DNA from: Elusimicrobiota bacterium | Lineage (GTDB): Bacteria > Elusimicrobiota > Elusimicrobia > UBA1565 > JACRDR01 | DNA: 34,970 nt | Reading direction: 5' to 3' | Assembly (NCBI GenBank): GCA_041694815.1 | Contig: JBGFSC010000024.1 | Location: forward strand, 1-34,970 | Shown: positions 24,140-32,499 of the stretch, piece after piece | How positions within the stretch are numbered: the stretch's first letter is position 1 | Layout: each line of letters begins with the position of its first letter | Position numbers and translations under genes: made by a program | The notes under the pieces: generated by a model | What the model saw: only the letters and a program-made list of their open reading frames with translations | Told to the model about the DNA's origin: nothing | Databases searched by the model: none

Positions 24140-26217
24140 TTGATCACCACCACGGTGCCGTTATACACCTTGCCATCGCCCTCGAGCTGATAGATATAGA
24201 CCCCACCCGGGACGGCGTTGCCGTTCGCCTTCCCGTCCCAAATCATATGGAACTGGTCGGTTTGCGACAGGGTGGTCACGAGCCTGCCCTGCACGTCGAA
24301 GATCTTGCCCGAGATCGCGGAATCCTTGGGGTTATCAAAGGTGAACTGGATATTATCGTTGAGGCCGTCGCCGTTGGGGGTGAGGAACTTGTGCGAGAGC
24401 CCCGAAAGATCGAATTCGGTCGCCGATTGGCGGGTCACCGTCCGGAGCTGGTACTCTCCAACTACCTGGGTCGGGACGGTGACGAATTGGTTGAGCTTAT
24501 CCGCGTTTCCGTAGACCTTTACGTACTTGGCGCCATTGTTCCAGTACATGCCCGTTTGATCCGGGGTCGCCGCCGCCTGAGCCTTCACCGTGCCGTCCGG
24601 ATTCGTCTGATAGCTCAAACGGACGTAAACGATGTTGGAGAATTGGAAGGATTTGGGCCCCTCGGCCGCGTTTTGGGTGAGCAATTGGAAGTTGGCGTTG
24701 TTGAGGATGTTCGAGCCCGAGGCGGCGATCTGGCTGCTGGACCTAAGCCAGTAAGCGACGCTGGGGTCGTTGTCGAGCGATCCGAGGGCGCTCAAGGGGA
24801 TCAGCATATGGGAGCGTTGATCGGGCGCCAAAACCCATCCCGAACGGCTGTTTAAGTCGCGGATGATCGAGGAGTATGAGTTATCCGAGAGATTGGCCGC
24901 GGTGACGCGGTAATACGTGCCGGCGACGGGAGCCGGGTCGGTGTATTGCAAAGTGGAGCTCGAGACGGTAGCCAGAAGGGTCCAGTTCGGATTAGAAATA
25001 CCGGTCGATCGCCAGATGTGGAACCACTTGAGCTCGTCTTCGCTGGGATTGGAAGGGCTGGCGAAGGCCTGTCCGAAATCATACGCGACGGGGGCGGTCC
25101 AGGCCAGGGTGGCGCTTGAGGAGAACACGGAGAGGGAGAGGCGCAAAGGCGGCGTCGGGGGCGCGCCGCGGACGAGTAGGGAGGCCAATGCGGCCGCGGT
25201 GATCTCCTGATTGCCCGAATTGAGGCCGAAGAGCTGGTAATAATAAGTCGTCGCCACCGTGAGGGGCGAGTCGATGACGGAGGTCGAGCTCGTCGAAGTC
25301 AGGACGGTGAAGCCGCTTCCCGAATTCGTCGACCGGTAGAGGCGGTAGGCGACCGGGGTGCAGTTTCCAGGCACTCCGGCGGCCGCGTTCCAACTGAGAA
25401 GCCCTGATTTAAACCGGGGGACCGCGGTAAAGCCGCTTAATATCGAGCCGACTCCAGGGTATGAGGTGGTTGCGGAAAGCAGGGCCGCCGGAGAGAGATC
25501 CGCCTCCAAGGCCAGTATCGCGAAGTAGTAGGTGACGCCGTTTTGAAGTCCGGTCAGGGTCAGGGTCTGCGTGGTGCCTTGGACCGCGGGGGTGGGGGCG
25601 GCCGGAGTCACGCTTTGGGCCGAATAGAACAAGGTCTCGGAGGCGGCGGGGGAGAGGGCGGGGTCGGAGCTGAGCTTGATGAGATAGGATCTTGCCGCCG
25701 TCTGCGCCGCGTAGCCGTCGTTGCCGGGGGCGATCCAGCTTAGCGTGATCTGCGAGGCGACGCAGCCACTGACGCTGAAATTGCTGACCTGGCCGGGATA
25801 AAAGTAGATCGGGATCAGCCCGGAGCGCGCCAGAAAATTAGCGCTGGTTTGCGTGCTGGATCCGATTTCCCCGATGGTCGAGATGGATTGGAAGCTGTTG
25901 GAGTTTTGAGTGCCGCCCCCGGCGTCGATCGCCGAGCGTCCGTTCTTATACCCGCTGCTCGTCGAAACGAAGGCTTGGGCGGGGAGGGCGAGGGATAACA
26001 ACAGCAGGGCTAGGCTTGGGAGTGAGCTTTTACGCGCTTTGGGCGCGTGACTCGTCGCGTTTTGTTTTCGCGGTGCCAGGGATTGACTTTCGCCTAGGCG
26101 AAAGTCAATCCCTGGCACCAGTTTCGCGAGTATTCCGAACTTGGCACGCGTAGCGTGCCAAGCAACGCGCCCGAGGCGCGTAAAAGCCGCCGTTTCAGAC
26201 GGAGGGCCAAAAATCAC
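24136..26217 (-). CDS. Secreted Ser/Thr-rich FN3-repeat protein with gliding-motility-associated (T9SS type-B/CHU_C-like) C-terminal domain
   Basis: FN3 motifs ITLSWIAPG, LTGLQNGVTYYFAI, YRLYRST. CTD motifs FLTPNGDGLND, KIFDVQGRLV, WDGK, GVYIYQL. GTG start preceded by TATGTT-N6. Signal h-region SLALLLLSLALPAQA is displaced by an inserted element. Confidence 0.85.
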   Translation of the reverse strand: MIFGPPSETAAFTRLGRVAWHATRAKFGILAKLVPGIDFRLGESQSLAPRKQNATSHAPKARKSSLPSLALLLLSLALPAQAFVSTSSGYKNGRSAIDAGGGTQNSNSFQSISTIGEIGSSTQTSANFLARSGLIPIYFYPGQVSNFSVSGCVASQITLSWIAPGNDGYAAQTAARSYLIKLSSDPALSPAASETLFYSAQSVTPAAPTPAVQGTTQTLTLTGLQNGVTYYFAILALEADLSPAALLSATTSYPGVGSILSGFTAVPRFKSGLLSWNAAAGVPGNCTPVAYRLYRSTNSGSGFTVLTSTSSTSVIDSPLTVATTYYYQLFGLNSGNQEITAAALASLLVRGAPPTPPLRLSLSVFSSSATLAWTAPVAYDFGQAFASPSNPSEDELKWFHIWRSTGISNPNWTLLATVSSSTLQYTDPAPVAGTYYRVTAANLSDNSYSSIIRDLNSRSGWVLAPDQRSHMLIPLSALGSLDNDPSVAYWLRSSSQIAASGSNILNNANFQLLTQNAAEGPKSFQFSNIVYVRLSYQTNPDGTVKAQAAATPDQTGMYWNNGAKYVKVYGNADKLNQFVTVPTQVVGEYQLRTVTRQSATEFDLSGLSHKFLTPNGDGLNDNIQFTFDNPKDSAISGKIFDVQGRLVTTLSQTDQFHMIWDGKANGNAVPGGVYIYQLEGDGKVYNGTVVVIK
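26026..26195. repeat. MITE/REP-like composite element (copy B) with a central 48-bp perfect palindrome, inside the 5' end of a CDS
   Basis: 23-bp inverted ends (26026-26048 and 26165-26187, 2 mismatches). Palindrome GGTGCCAGGGATTGACTTTCGCCT|AGGCGAAAGTCAATCCCTGGCACC at 26072-26119. Confidence 0.88.
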
Positions 26218-26326
26218 CTTAAAAACATAACCGACTTAAGCGAAATTCTTGTTACGGGAGAACGAATTCTGCGCAACTTTGAGGCCTCAAAAAAGGCCTA
26301 AAAATAGAGGCTTTTTACGTGGTTTT

Positions 26327-27904
26327 TCAGGGTAGAGTTGGAACCGTTCCGGAATGGCCCAATTGAATGGCCACGCGGGCGCCCCCTGAAGGGCCGTTTG
26401 AGAGGCGAATCGACCCTCCGAAGCCGAGCACCAGTTGTTTGACGAGGGCCAGGCCCAATCCCGCGCGACCGGCGCTGGCGGGCCGGAAGGGCACGAAGGG
26501 CTGCGCCAAAACTTCCTTTGGGAAGCCGGGGCCGTTATCGATGAAGCGAAGCTCGATGGCCCCGGGAACCGGAGCGGCCTCTAGGGTCAGCGTGCCTCCA
26601 CGCGGCATCGCTTCATAAGCGTTGCGGAGCAGGTGATGCACCGCCATGCGCAGGCGCTCCGGATGCAGCAGGCAGGGCACCAGGCCCGTGGAGTAGCGCT
26701 TGATCATGGTGATGTTGCGCCGCCTTAATGCCCCGCTCCAGGGCCGAACGGCAGAATCGATAATCGGCAGGGGATTCGACAGGGCGGGTTTGGGCGCGGG
26801 GGAGAAAAATGCGGCACCAGATTTGAGCATTTCCTGGACCTGGGCCAAGGCCGCTGCCGCCGCAAGCGCGTCTTTGGGCGGAAGGGGCCTTGAGGAGGCC
26901 TGCCGCAGCCTGGTGAGGGCGTCGCCCAGGGGAGGCAGCGCGGCTTCGAACAGCTTGAGCACATCGGGCTGCAGCAGGGAGTCCAAGGGGACCGGGGGAG
27001 GTGCGGAGGACGCCCGGCGCAGGCGCTCGTTTTCTTCCCGGGAATGCTGCAGCCGTTCCTGCGCCAATCCCAGCTCGAGCCTCGTTTTTGCGGCGGCTTC
27101 TTGGGAGGCGTTTAATTCGGCCTCGAGCTTTTGGACTCGGCGTTGGGCCTGGCCCAATAGGATTTCCAGGCCTTGGGCGCGCTCGCGGCTCTGCTCGATT
27201 TCCCGCTGGATCTGCTCGGCCTGCGCCATGGCGGCGGCGTTTTCCCGGGAAAGCCGATTATTTTCCCAGCTGCGCAGGGCCAGCAGGTTGACCGCTTCGC
27301 GCAGGGCGTCACGGGCCTCCTGCATGGCCTGGGAGAGCCGGGAGGGCGGGACGTTAAAATGGGGCGGGGGAGGGGCCTTTCGTTGGCGGATGCGTTCGAT
27401 GCGGCGCTCGAAACGTCGGCCCTTTTCCAATAGCCGGATCACTTCATGCTGCAAGCGGCTTAACTCCTGCGTCAGCAATGCGCGCGCGAATTCCCGGTCA
27501 GCGGCGGAGCGCGGAGGGCCGAGCAACGCGTCGCGGACGTCGATGAGCAGGGCGTGAAAACGGAATACATCGTCCAAGCCGTTCTTAGCGAGGGTTTCTT
27601 GAAGCTGCGGCAAGGCGCCGGCGGAGAATTCCTCCCAGCGGCGGGTCAGCTCGGAGCGATGTCGGGCTAATTCCGACTGCGTCGCCTCCAGCCGGATGGA
27701 AAGCCCGGATACTCTTTCCAGCAAAGCCCGTATTTCCTCGCGTTCGGATTGGGGGCCCAAAAAAGACAGGCGCAGCAAGACTTCTTTAACGGCGGCAGAC
27801 AGGGCCGCGAGATCGAGCACGGCATTTTCGGGGGCCGCCGGCTCCGGCTTCGAGGGCGTGCGGGCTTTTTCGGAGTCCTGATCTCTAGGGACTGGATCGT
27901 CCAT
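26327..27904 (-). CDS. Coiled-coil + HATPase_c protein without H-box; paralog of 16894-19233
   Basis: HLLRNAYEAM, FIDNGPGF, GLGLALVKQL. The N-terminal RWEEFSAGALPQL...GLDDVFRF aligns with RWLLFTEEALPKL...GLKNVFEF. Confidence 0.85.
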   Translation of the reverse strand: MDDPVPRDQDSEKARTPSKPEPAAPENAVLDLAALSAAVKEVLLRLSFLGPQSEREEIRALLERVSGLSIRLEATQSELARHRSELTRRWEEFSAGALPQLQETLAKNGLDDVFRFHALLIDVRDALLGPPRSAADREFARALLTQELSRLQHEVIRLLEKGRRFERRIERIRQRKAPPPPHFNVPPSRLSQAMQEARDALREAVNLLALRSWENNRLSRENAAAMAQAEQIQREIEQSRERAQGLEILLGQAQRRVQKLEAELNASQEAAAKTRLELGLAQERLQHSREENERLRRASSAPPPVPLDSLLQPDVLKLFEAALPPLGDALTRLRQASSRPLPPKDALAAAAALAQVQEMLKSGAAFFSPAPKPALSNPLPIIDSAVRPWSGALRRRNITMIKRYSTGLVPCLLHPERLRMAVHHLLRNAYEAMPRGGTLTLEAAPVPGAIELRFIDNGPGFPKEVLAQPFVPFRPASAGRAGLGLALVKQLVLGFGGSIRLSNGPSGGARVAIQLGHSGTVPTLP

Positions 27905-29036
27905 TGCCGCTGAGTGTAGGGGCCTGCTGTTTCATTGTCAATGCCTTAAGCGCCTCCGCGTTAGCGCGGGCATCGGGGCCCAACACGAAGCGATGCAGGG
28001 ATGAGCGGCGCAGCAGGGAAACGGCGCTTGCAAGGCGTTTAAATCCTATCTGACCGAGCTTGGAGATGGTGGAAGGAGAAAATCCCAGCGTGTATTCGCT
28101 CATCTGCGCGATACCGACGCCGACGACCATATGCTCGAAAAGGGCCGCCAGGGCCTCCAGGGGCGAGGCCGTCTCGATGCGCGGCTCGGCGCCGCGTCGG
28201 CCGATGAGCAGCCAGCGAAGAGGGATATCCTCTCGAACCTTATGGGAGAAGAAGTCCAGATCGACCAATTTTTTCGGCCCGTAATGTTTTCGAACGAAAG
28301 GCCGAATCCAATCCTCCGGGACGTCGGAGAGATCCATGGATGGCTCCAGTCCCAGGCGCAGGGGAAAAGCCAGGACGCGGTCGCCGCGAAGGAGCGGCGT
28401 ATCCTCCGAGAGTATCCCGAACTCCCAGCGGCGGAGTAGCTCCAACGCGAGCGTGCTCTTGCCTCCACCCGAGGGCAGTAGCAATAGGCCTGCCTCCCCG
28501 CCGGCCTCAAATCCCAGGGCGTGGATTCGATGCATGCCGGCAAGGTCCAAGGCTTCGCCGGAGCGCGACAAGATCGCTAGATAAGCGAGCTCATGCAGTC
28601 GCGTCAAATTCTCGCAGTAAATGCTGCCTTTTTTTGCCTCATAATCGTAGTCGGCCGAGGCGTCGCCGTAATCGATCATGCGGACTTTGTTTTTCTGATA
28701 AACGCGGTAACGGCTGGTCTGAAATAATGGGCGCCCCGCGGCGGCCGCCGGCGCTTGGGTCCGATGTAATTCTAGAATGATGGCCGGGATGGCCCTCTGT
28801 TTTGACGGTGCCAGGGATTGACTTTCGCCTTGTTCTGATGGTGCCAGGGATTGACTTTCGCCTTGTTTTGATGGTGCCAGGGATTGACTTTCGCCTAGGC
28901 GAAAGTCAATCCCTGGCACCTTTGTAACGTTGATAACGAAATATTTAAAGTCCAGCGCCAGCGGTTGCAGTATCGCCGGGTCGGAGGCCAACACTTGAAC
29001 GCTCACTCCGTGGATGTCTAGATCCAATCGATTCAT
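27885..29036 (-). CDS. HPr-kinase-like P-loop protein carrying an in-frame palindrome/repeat insertion
   Basis: Start MNRLDLDIHG overlaps the GT2 stop (ATGA). HRIHA...GLLLLPSGGGKSTLA...LSED pattern typical of HprK-related kinases. Confidence 0.75.
   Translation of the reverse strand: MNRLDLDIHGVSVQVLASDPAILQPLALDFKYFVINVTKVPGIDFRLGESQSLAPSKQGESQSLAPSEQGESQSLAPSKQRAIPAIILELHRTQAPAAAAGRPLFQTSRYRVYQKNKVRMIDYGDASADYDYEAKKGSIYCENLTRLHELAYLAILSRSGEALDLAGMHRIHALGFEAGGEAGLLLLPSGGGKSTLALELLRRWEFGILSEDTPLLRGDRVLAFPLRLGLEPSMDLSDVPEDWIRPFVRKHYGPKKLVDLDFFSHKVREDIPLRWLLIGRRGAEPRIETASPLEALAALFEHMVVGVGIAQMSEYTLGFSPSTISKLGQIGFKRLASAVSLLRRSSLHRFVLGPDARANAEALKALTMKQQAPTLSGNGRSSP
28798..28920. repeat. Three 33-bp direct repeats ending in the same 48-bp palindrome (copy C), in frame
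   Basis: 24-bp core at 28807, 28840 and 28873, each preceded by TGTTYTGAY. Palindrome 28873-28920 is identical to 26072-26119. Confidence 0.92.
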
Positions 29037-30004
29037 CGGCGTAGGAGGGCGGACAGCAGCCCCACGGCGTAGGAAAGATGCGCCAGCGGAAACACCACGG
29101 CGGTCCAGGCGGCGGCGAGGGGGTCTTTTTCTTGGAAGGCGAGGCGCGAGGATTCCAGCGCCAGAATGGCGCCGTAAAACGCCAAGGGAAGAAATCTGTA
29201 GGGAGTTTGGAACAACGGTAGAAGAGACAGGTACGCCAGAAATAATACGGCGCTTAAGACGATCGGCTGCAGCGAGGAGGGCGCGGTCTTGGTGATCTGC
29301 ATCCGCCCGCGCCCGTAATGGAATAATTGGAGGGAGAATGGCATCACGCGATCGCGTCGTTGATGGTAGACGTAGAGATCCGGCGAATAGACGGGTTTCC
29401 CCAATTTTTTCTCGACATGGTGCAGGAATAAATTTTCCTCGGCGCAAACGCAGTTCGTGGGGAAAAGGATGGAGTGCTCCCGAAAGACGGATGCCCGGGC
29501 ACCCAAGTTGCTCAGGGTGAAGCACCAACCCGGCATGGGCCTGGTTTTCCCGTCGCGTATATAGCGGATGCGCATCGGGCCGGCCCCCAAGGGCGAACGG
29601 AAGAAGGCGTCGACCGAGCGTTGGAAGGCGTCGGAATGGGGCGGGCGGATATTGGGGCCTCCGATGCAGGGCGCCTCGGGGTATTGGTCGAAAGTGGCGA
29701 GGACCCTCCGAAGGAAGCCCTGGGGCACCGTCGTGTCATCGTCGAGAAAATAAAGCAGTTCGCCGGCGGCTTTTCCCACCAAACGATTCCGGGCCCCGCC
29801 CTTGGAATCCCGTTCCAGCGTCAGGGCGCGCGCCCAAGGATAGGAGCGCGTCAAGGTTTCGGCCAGGCGCGACTCCTCTTCGCCCGGGCCGTTGAACCCG
29901 ATCCAGGCCTCGATGCCCGGCTCGATCTCGGCCTTAAGGCTTTCGAGGCAGCGCGACAGCAAGGAGAAGCGCCCATGGGTGATGAGGATAAGGCTCAGTT
30001 TCAT
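29033..30004 (-). CDS. Family 2 glycosyltransferase with C-terminal membrane helices
   Basis: MKLSLILIT start, GGARN, LYFLDDD (DxD), EE motif, VYHQRR, hydrophobic tail. Confidence 0.9.
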   Translation of the reverse strand: MKLSLILITHGRFSLLSRCLESLKAEIEPGIEAWIGFNGPGEEESRLAETLTRSYPWARALTLERDSKGGARNRLVGKAAGELLYFLDDDTTVPQGFLRRVLATFDQYPEAPCIGGPNIRPPHSDAFQRSVDAFFRSPLGAGPMRIRYIRDGKTRPMPGWCFTLSNLGARASVFREHSILFPTNCVCAEENLFLHHVEKKLGKPVYSPDLYVYHQRRDRVMPFSLQLFHYGRGRMQITKTAPSSLQPIVLSAVLFLAYLSLLPLFQTPYRFLPLAFYGAILALESSRLAFQEKDPLAAAWTAVVFPLAHLSYAVGLLSALLRR

Positions 30005-32475
30005 TCGCCGGGAGGGGGCTTTAAGGCGCGCTCAAGCCAGTTTTTCGCTTCTCGGTACTCCGGATCGGCTTGGATCGCCAGGCGCCAGAAACGGATTGCC
30101 TCCTGGGGCCTGCCGCGGCGGTAATGGCAGACGCCCAGGTTCGAATATGTCGGGGCAAGGTTCGAACTCGGCTCATCGTAGCTCGGGGCGTATTCCAGGA
30201 CCTTTTGGTATTGAACGATCGCTTCCTCGATCTTGCCTTCTTTTAGATACACATTGCCGAGATTGTTGTGCAAAGACGGCCTGCGGGGGTCCAGCCTCAG
30301 GGCGTCCTGCAGCAGGCTTCGGGCTTCTTGAAGGCGCCCCTGCATCTCGTAGAGGCCGCCGAGATTATTGAGCGCTTCGAGCTTATGGGGATCGAGCCTC
30401 AACGTTTGGCGGTAGGCACCCAAGGCCTCCGGAATGCGTCCTGATTTATGCAGGCTCACGGCCAGATTGTATTGCGCATCGGCATAATCGGGCTTTAGAA
30501 GCAGGGCCTTCCGGAAGCTTCGGATCGCTTCCTCGTTCTTGCCTAGATCGCCCATGAGAACGCCGAGGTTATAATGCGCGGCGGGCGAGGCGGGGCTCAG
30601 TTTGCGCGCGCGCTCGAGCCATTGCCGTGCCAGGGAGAGGTTTCCCTGATGGTGGTAGACCACTCCCAGGTTCATCGTCGAATCGGCATGGCTCGAATCA
30701 AGCGCCAGGGCCCGGCGCAGATGCCAGGCCGCGTCCACGTACTTGCCGAGCTGGTCGCAGAGCATGCCGGCGTTATAGAAGGCATCCAGTTGGGCGGGGT
30801 CGAGTCGGGCGGCTTCGCTGTATTCCCCGATGGCCTCGGTCGTCCTGCCGCTCTTGGCCAACGCCGCGGCTAGATGCATCCGGGCGGCAGTAAATTTGTG
30901 ATCGATCGCCAGGGCCTGCCGGAACGACTCGATCGCCTCTTGCAATCGGCCTTGTTTTTCCAGGCTGCTTCCCAGAGCGTCGTACGGCACGGGGCTTTTG
31001 GGCATGAGCGAGACCGCCTCCCTATGCCAACGCATGGACTGGCCCTCGTTGCCCATTATTCCGTAAAGCGAGCCGAGATTGGTCATGGCCTCCGCGTAAC
31101 GCGGGTGCAGCGACAAAGCCCTGCGATAATTGAGTAGCGCTTCTTGGAAAGCGCCTTCCTGCTGCCGCAGGAAGCCTAGATTATAATAGACCCTCGCGTT
31201 TTCGGCCTTCCGCGAGGCCTCGGCCGCGAACAGGGTCTCGTCGCTTCTCCAGTCGAGGTTCCGGAAAACGGTGAGTCCGGCATAGGGCAACAGCAGGAGC
31301 CATGACCAGCGGAGTTTTTCCATTAGGTTTGCCAGCAGCCAGCACGCTCCCGGAGTGACGAGATAGAGATACCGCTCGGCGACCGGGTTGTAGAGGGGGG
31401 CAATGTTGGAGACTGGCAGCAGGGTGATGGCATACCAGGCGGCGGCCAGCGCCAACAGGGGCTCGCGGGTTCGCAGGGCGAACGCCCCGCAGAAGAACGC
31501 GATCAGGACCGCCCAAGAAAGCCAAAGCCGCGGATCCAGGAACGAGGCGATCCATGGCGGCGAGCGATCGGCCTTGAGGGGATAAGGCAGAATCAGCAAG
31601 CGGAGGTAATTGGCGAACGCCACCGACATGCTGCGGAGATTGGCCGCGGGATCGCGGTAAAGCCCCGACCAGGCCGGAGGCGAGGGCGTGAAGGCTGTTT
31701 TCGCCGGCTTTGCGTTTGGCGCGTCCCGTAGGTTCTCAGCGATGGCGGCGTATCCCCCGTAATGCGCCCTGAAGCCGGCGTAGCCGGCGGCGAGCGCGGC
31801 GAAAAAACAGAAGGCCGCCGCGCGCCAGGCCCAAGAAGGCCGAGGCCGACCGCGCCGGATCAGAACCCAATCGAGAAGGAGGGCCAGCGCGGGAAATGTG
31901 ATCGCCATTTCCTTCGACAGCAGGCCGAGGAAATAAAAGAGGCCGGAAACGGCGATAAGGATGAAGTTTTGCGCGCCCCCCTCCCACTCGCGGGAAGGAG
32001 GCCGGGTGAGGGCATACGCGAGCAGGGCCGACAAAACGAAAAAAGTCGACATCAGGTCCGCGCGGAAGCTGATCTGATTGACGGCCTCGGAATTGACGGG
32101 ATGGACGGCGAAGAGCAGGCCGGCCGCCAAGGCGGCCCGCGCGGAGAGAAAGCGCAGGCCCAATAGGAACACCAGCAGGCTGCAGGCGGCGTGCAGCATG
32201 AGATTGCTCAGGTGGTAGCCGGCCGGCTGTTCGAGCCATAGGGCGCGGTCTAGCAGAAAACTTAACAATACCATCGGCCTGGCGCCATCCTGGATTTCCT
32301 GCGCGCTTAAAAAGTAATCGGGACGGAGTATCCGACCCAGGTTGGAAGAATCCTTAAGGAAGGCGTTGGCTTCGATGACCGCGTGATCGTCCCAGACGAA
32401 GCCGTTGCGCAGGGTATTGGCGTATACTAGGCAGGCCGCGGCGAAGACGAGCAGGCCCCGCATCCATGGGCTCAT
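30001..32475 (-). CDS. TMTC-like GT-C membrane glycosyltransferase with long C-terminal TPR array
   Basis: NGFVWDD, RPM, GYHLSNLMLH, LFAVHPVNSEAV, LLSKE, AERYLY, RNLDWRS motifs, followed by about 11-12 TPRs. The start may instead be 32463. Confidence 0.88.
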   Translation of the reverse strand: MSPWMRGLLVFAAACLVYANTLRNGFVWDDHAVIEANAFLKDSSNLGRILRPDYFLSAQEIQDGARPMVLLSFLLDRALWLEQPAGYHLSNLMLHAACSLLVFLLGLRFLSARAALAAGLLFAVHPVNSEAVNQISFRADLMSTFFVLSALLAYALTRPPSREWEGGAQNFILIAVSGLFYFLGLLSKEMAITFPALALLLDWVLIRRGRPRPSWAWRAAAFCFFAALAAGYAGFRAHYGGYAAIAENLRDAPNAKPAKTAFTPSPPAWSGLYRDPAANLRSMSVAFANYLRLLILPYPLKADRSPPWIASFLDPRLWLSWAVLIAFFCGAFALRTREPLLALAAAWYAITLLPVSNIAPLYNPVAERYLYLVTPGACWLLANLMEKLRWSWLLLLPYAGLTVFRNLDWRSDETLFAAEASRKAENARVYYNLGFLRQQEGAFQEALLNYRRALSLHPRYAEAMTNLGSLYGIMGNEGQSMRWHREAVSLMPKSPVPYDALGSSLEKQGRLQEAIESFRQALAIDHKFTAARMHLAAALAKSGRTTEAIGEYSEAARLDPAQLDAFYNAGMLCDQLGKYVDAAWHLRRALALDSSHADSTMNLGVVYHHQGNLSLARQWLERARKLSPASPAAHYNLGVLMGDLGKNEEAIRSFRKALLLKPDYADAQYNLAVSLHKSGRIPEALGAYRQTLRLDPHKLEALNNLGGLYEMQGRLQEARSLLQDALRLDPRRPSLHNNLGNVYLKEGKIEEAIVQYQKVLEYAPSYDEPSSNLAPTYSNLGVCHYRRGRPQEAIRFWRLAIQADPEYREAKNWLERALKPPPGE

Positions 32476-32499
32476 GGAGGCTAGTGCGTCCGGACGCAG

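Noticed and set aside
26278..26291. 14-bp palindrome TTTGAGGCCTCAAA (and TGCGTCCGGACGCA at 32485-32498)
   Set aside because: Single short occurrences. They could be operators or small hairpins, but nothing else supports a call.
28798..28920. Possible mini-CRISPR array (24-bp repeats)
   Set aside because: Spacers are only 9 bp and nearly identical, the array lies in frame within a CDS, and no cas genes are present.
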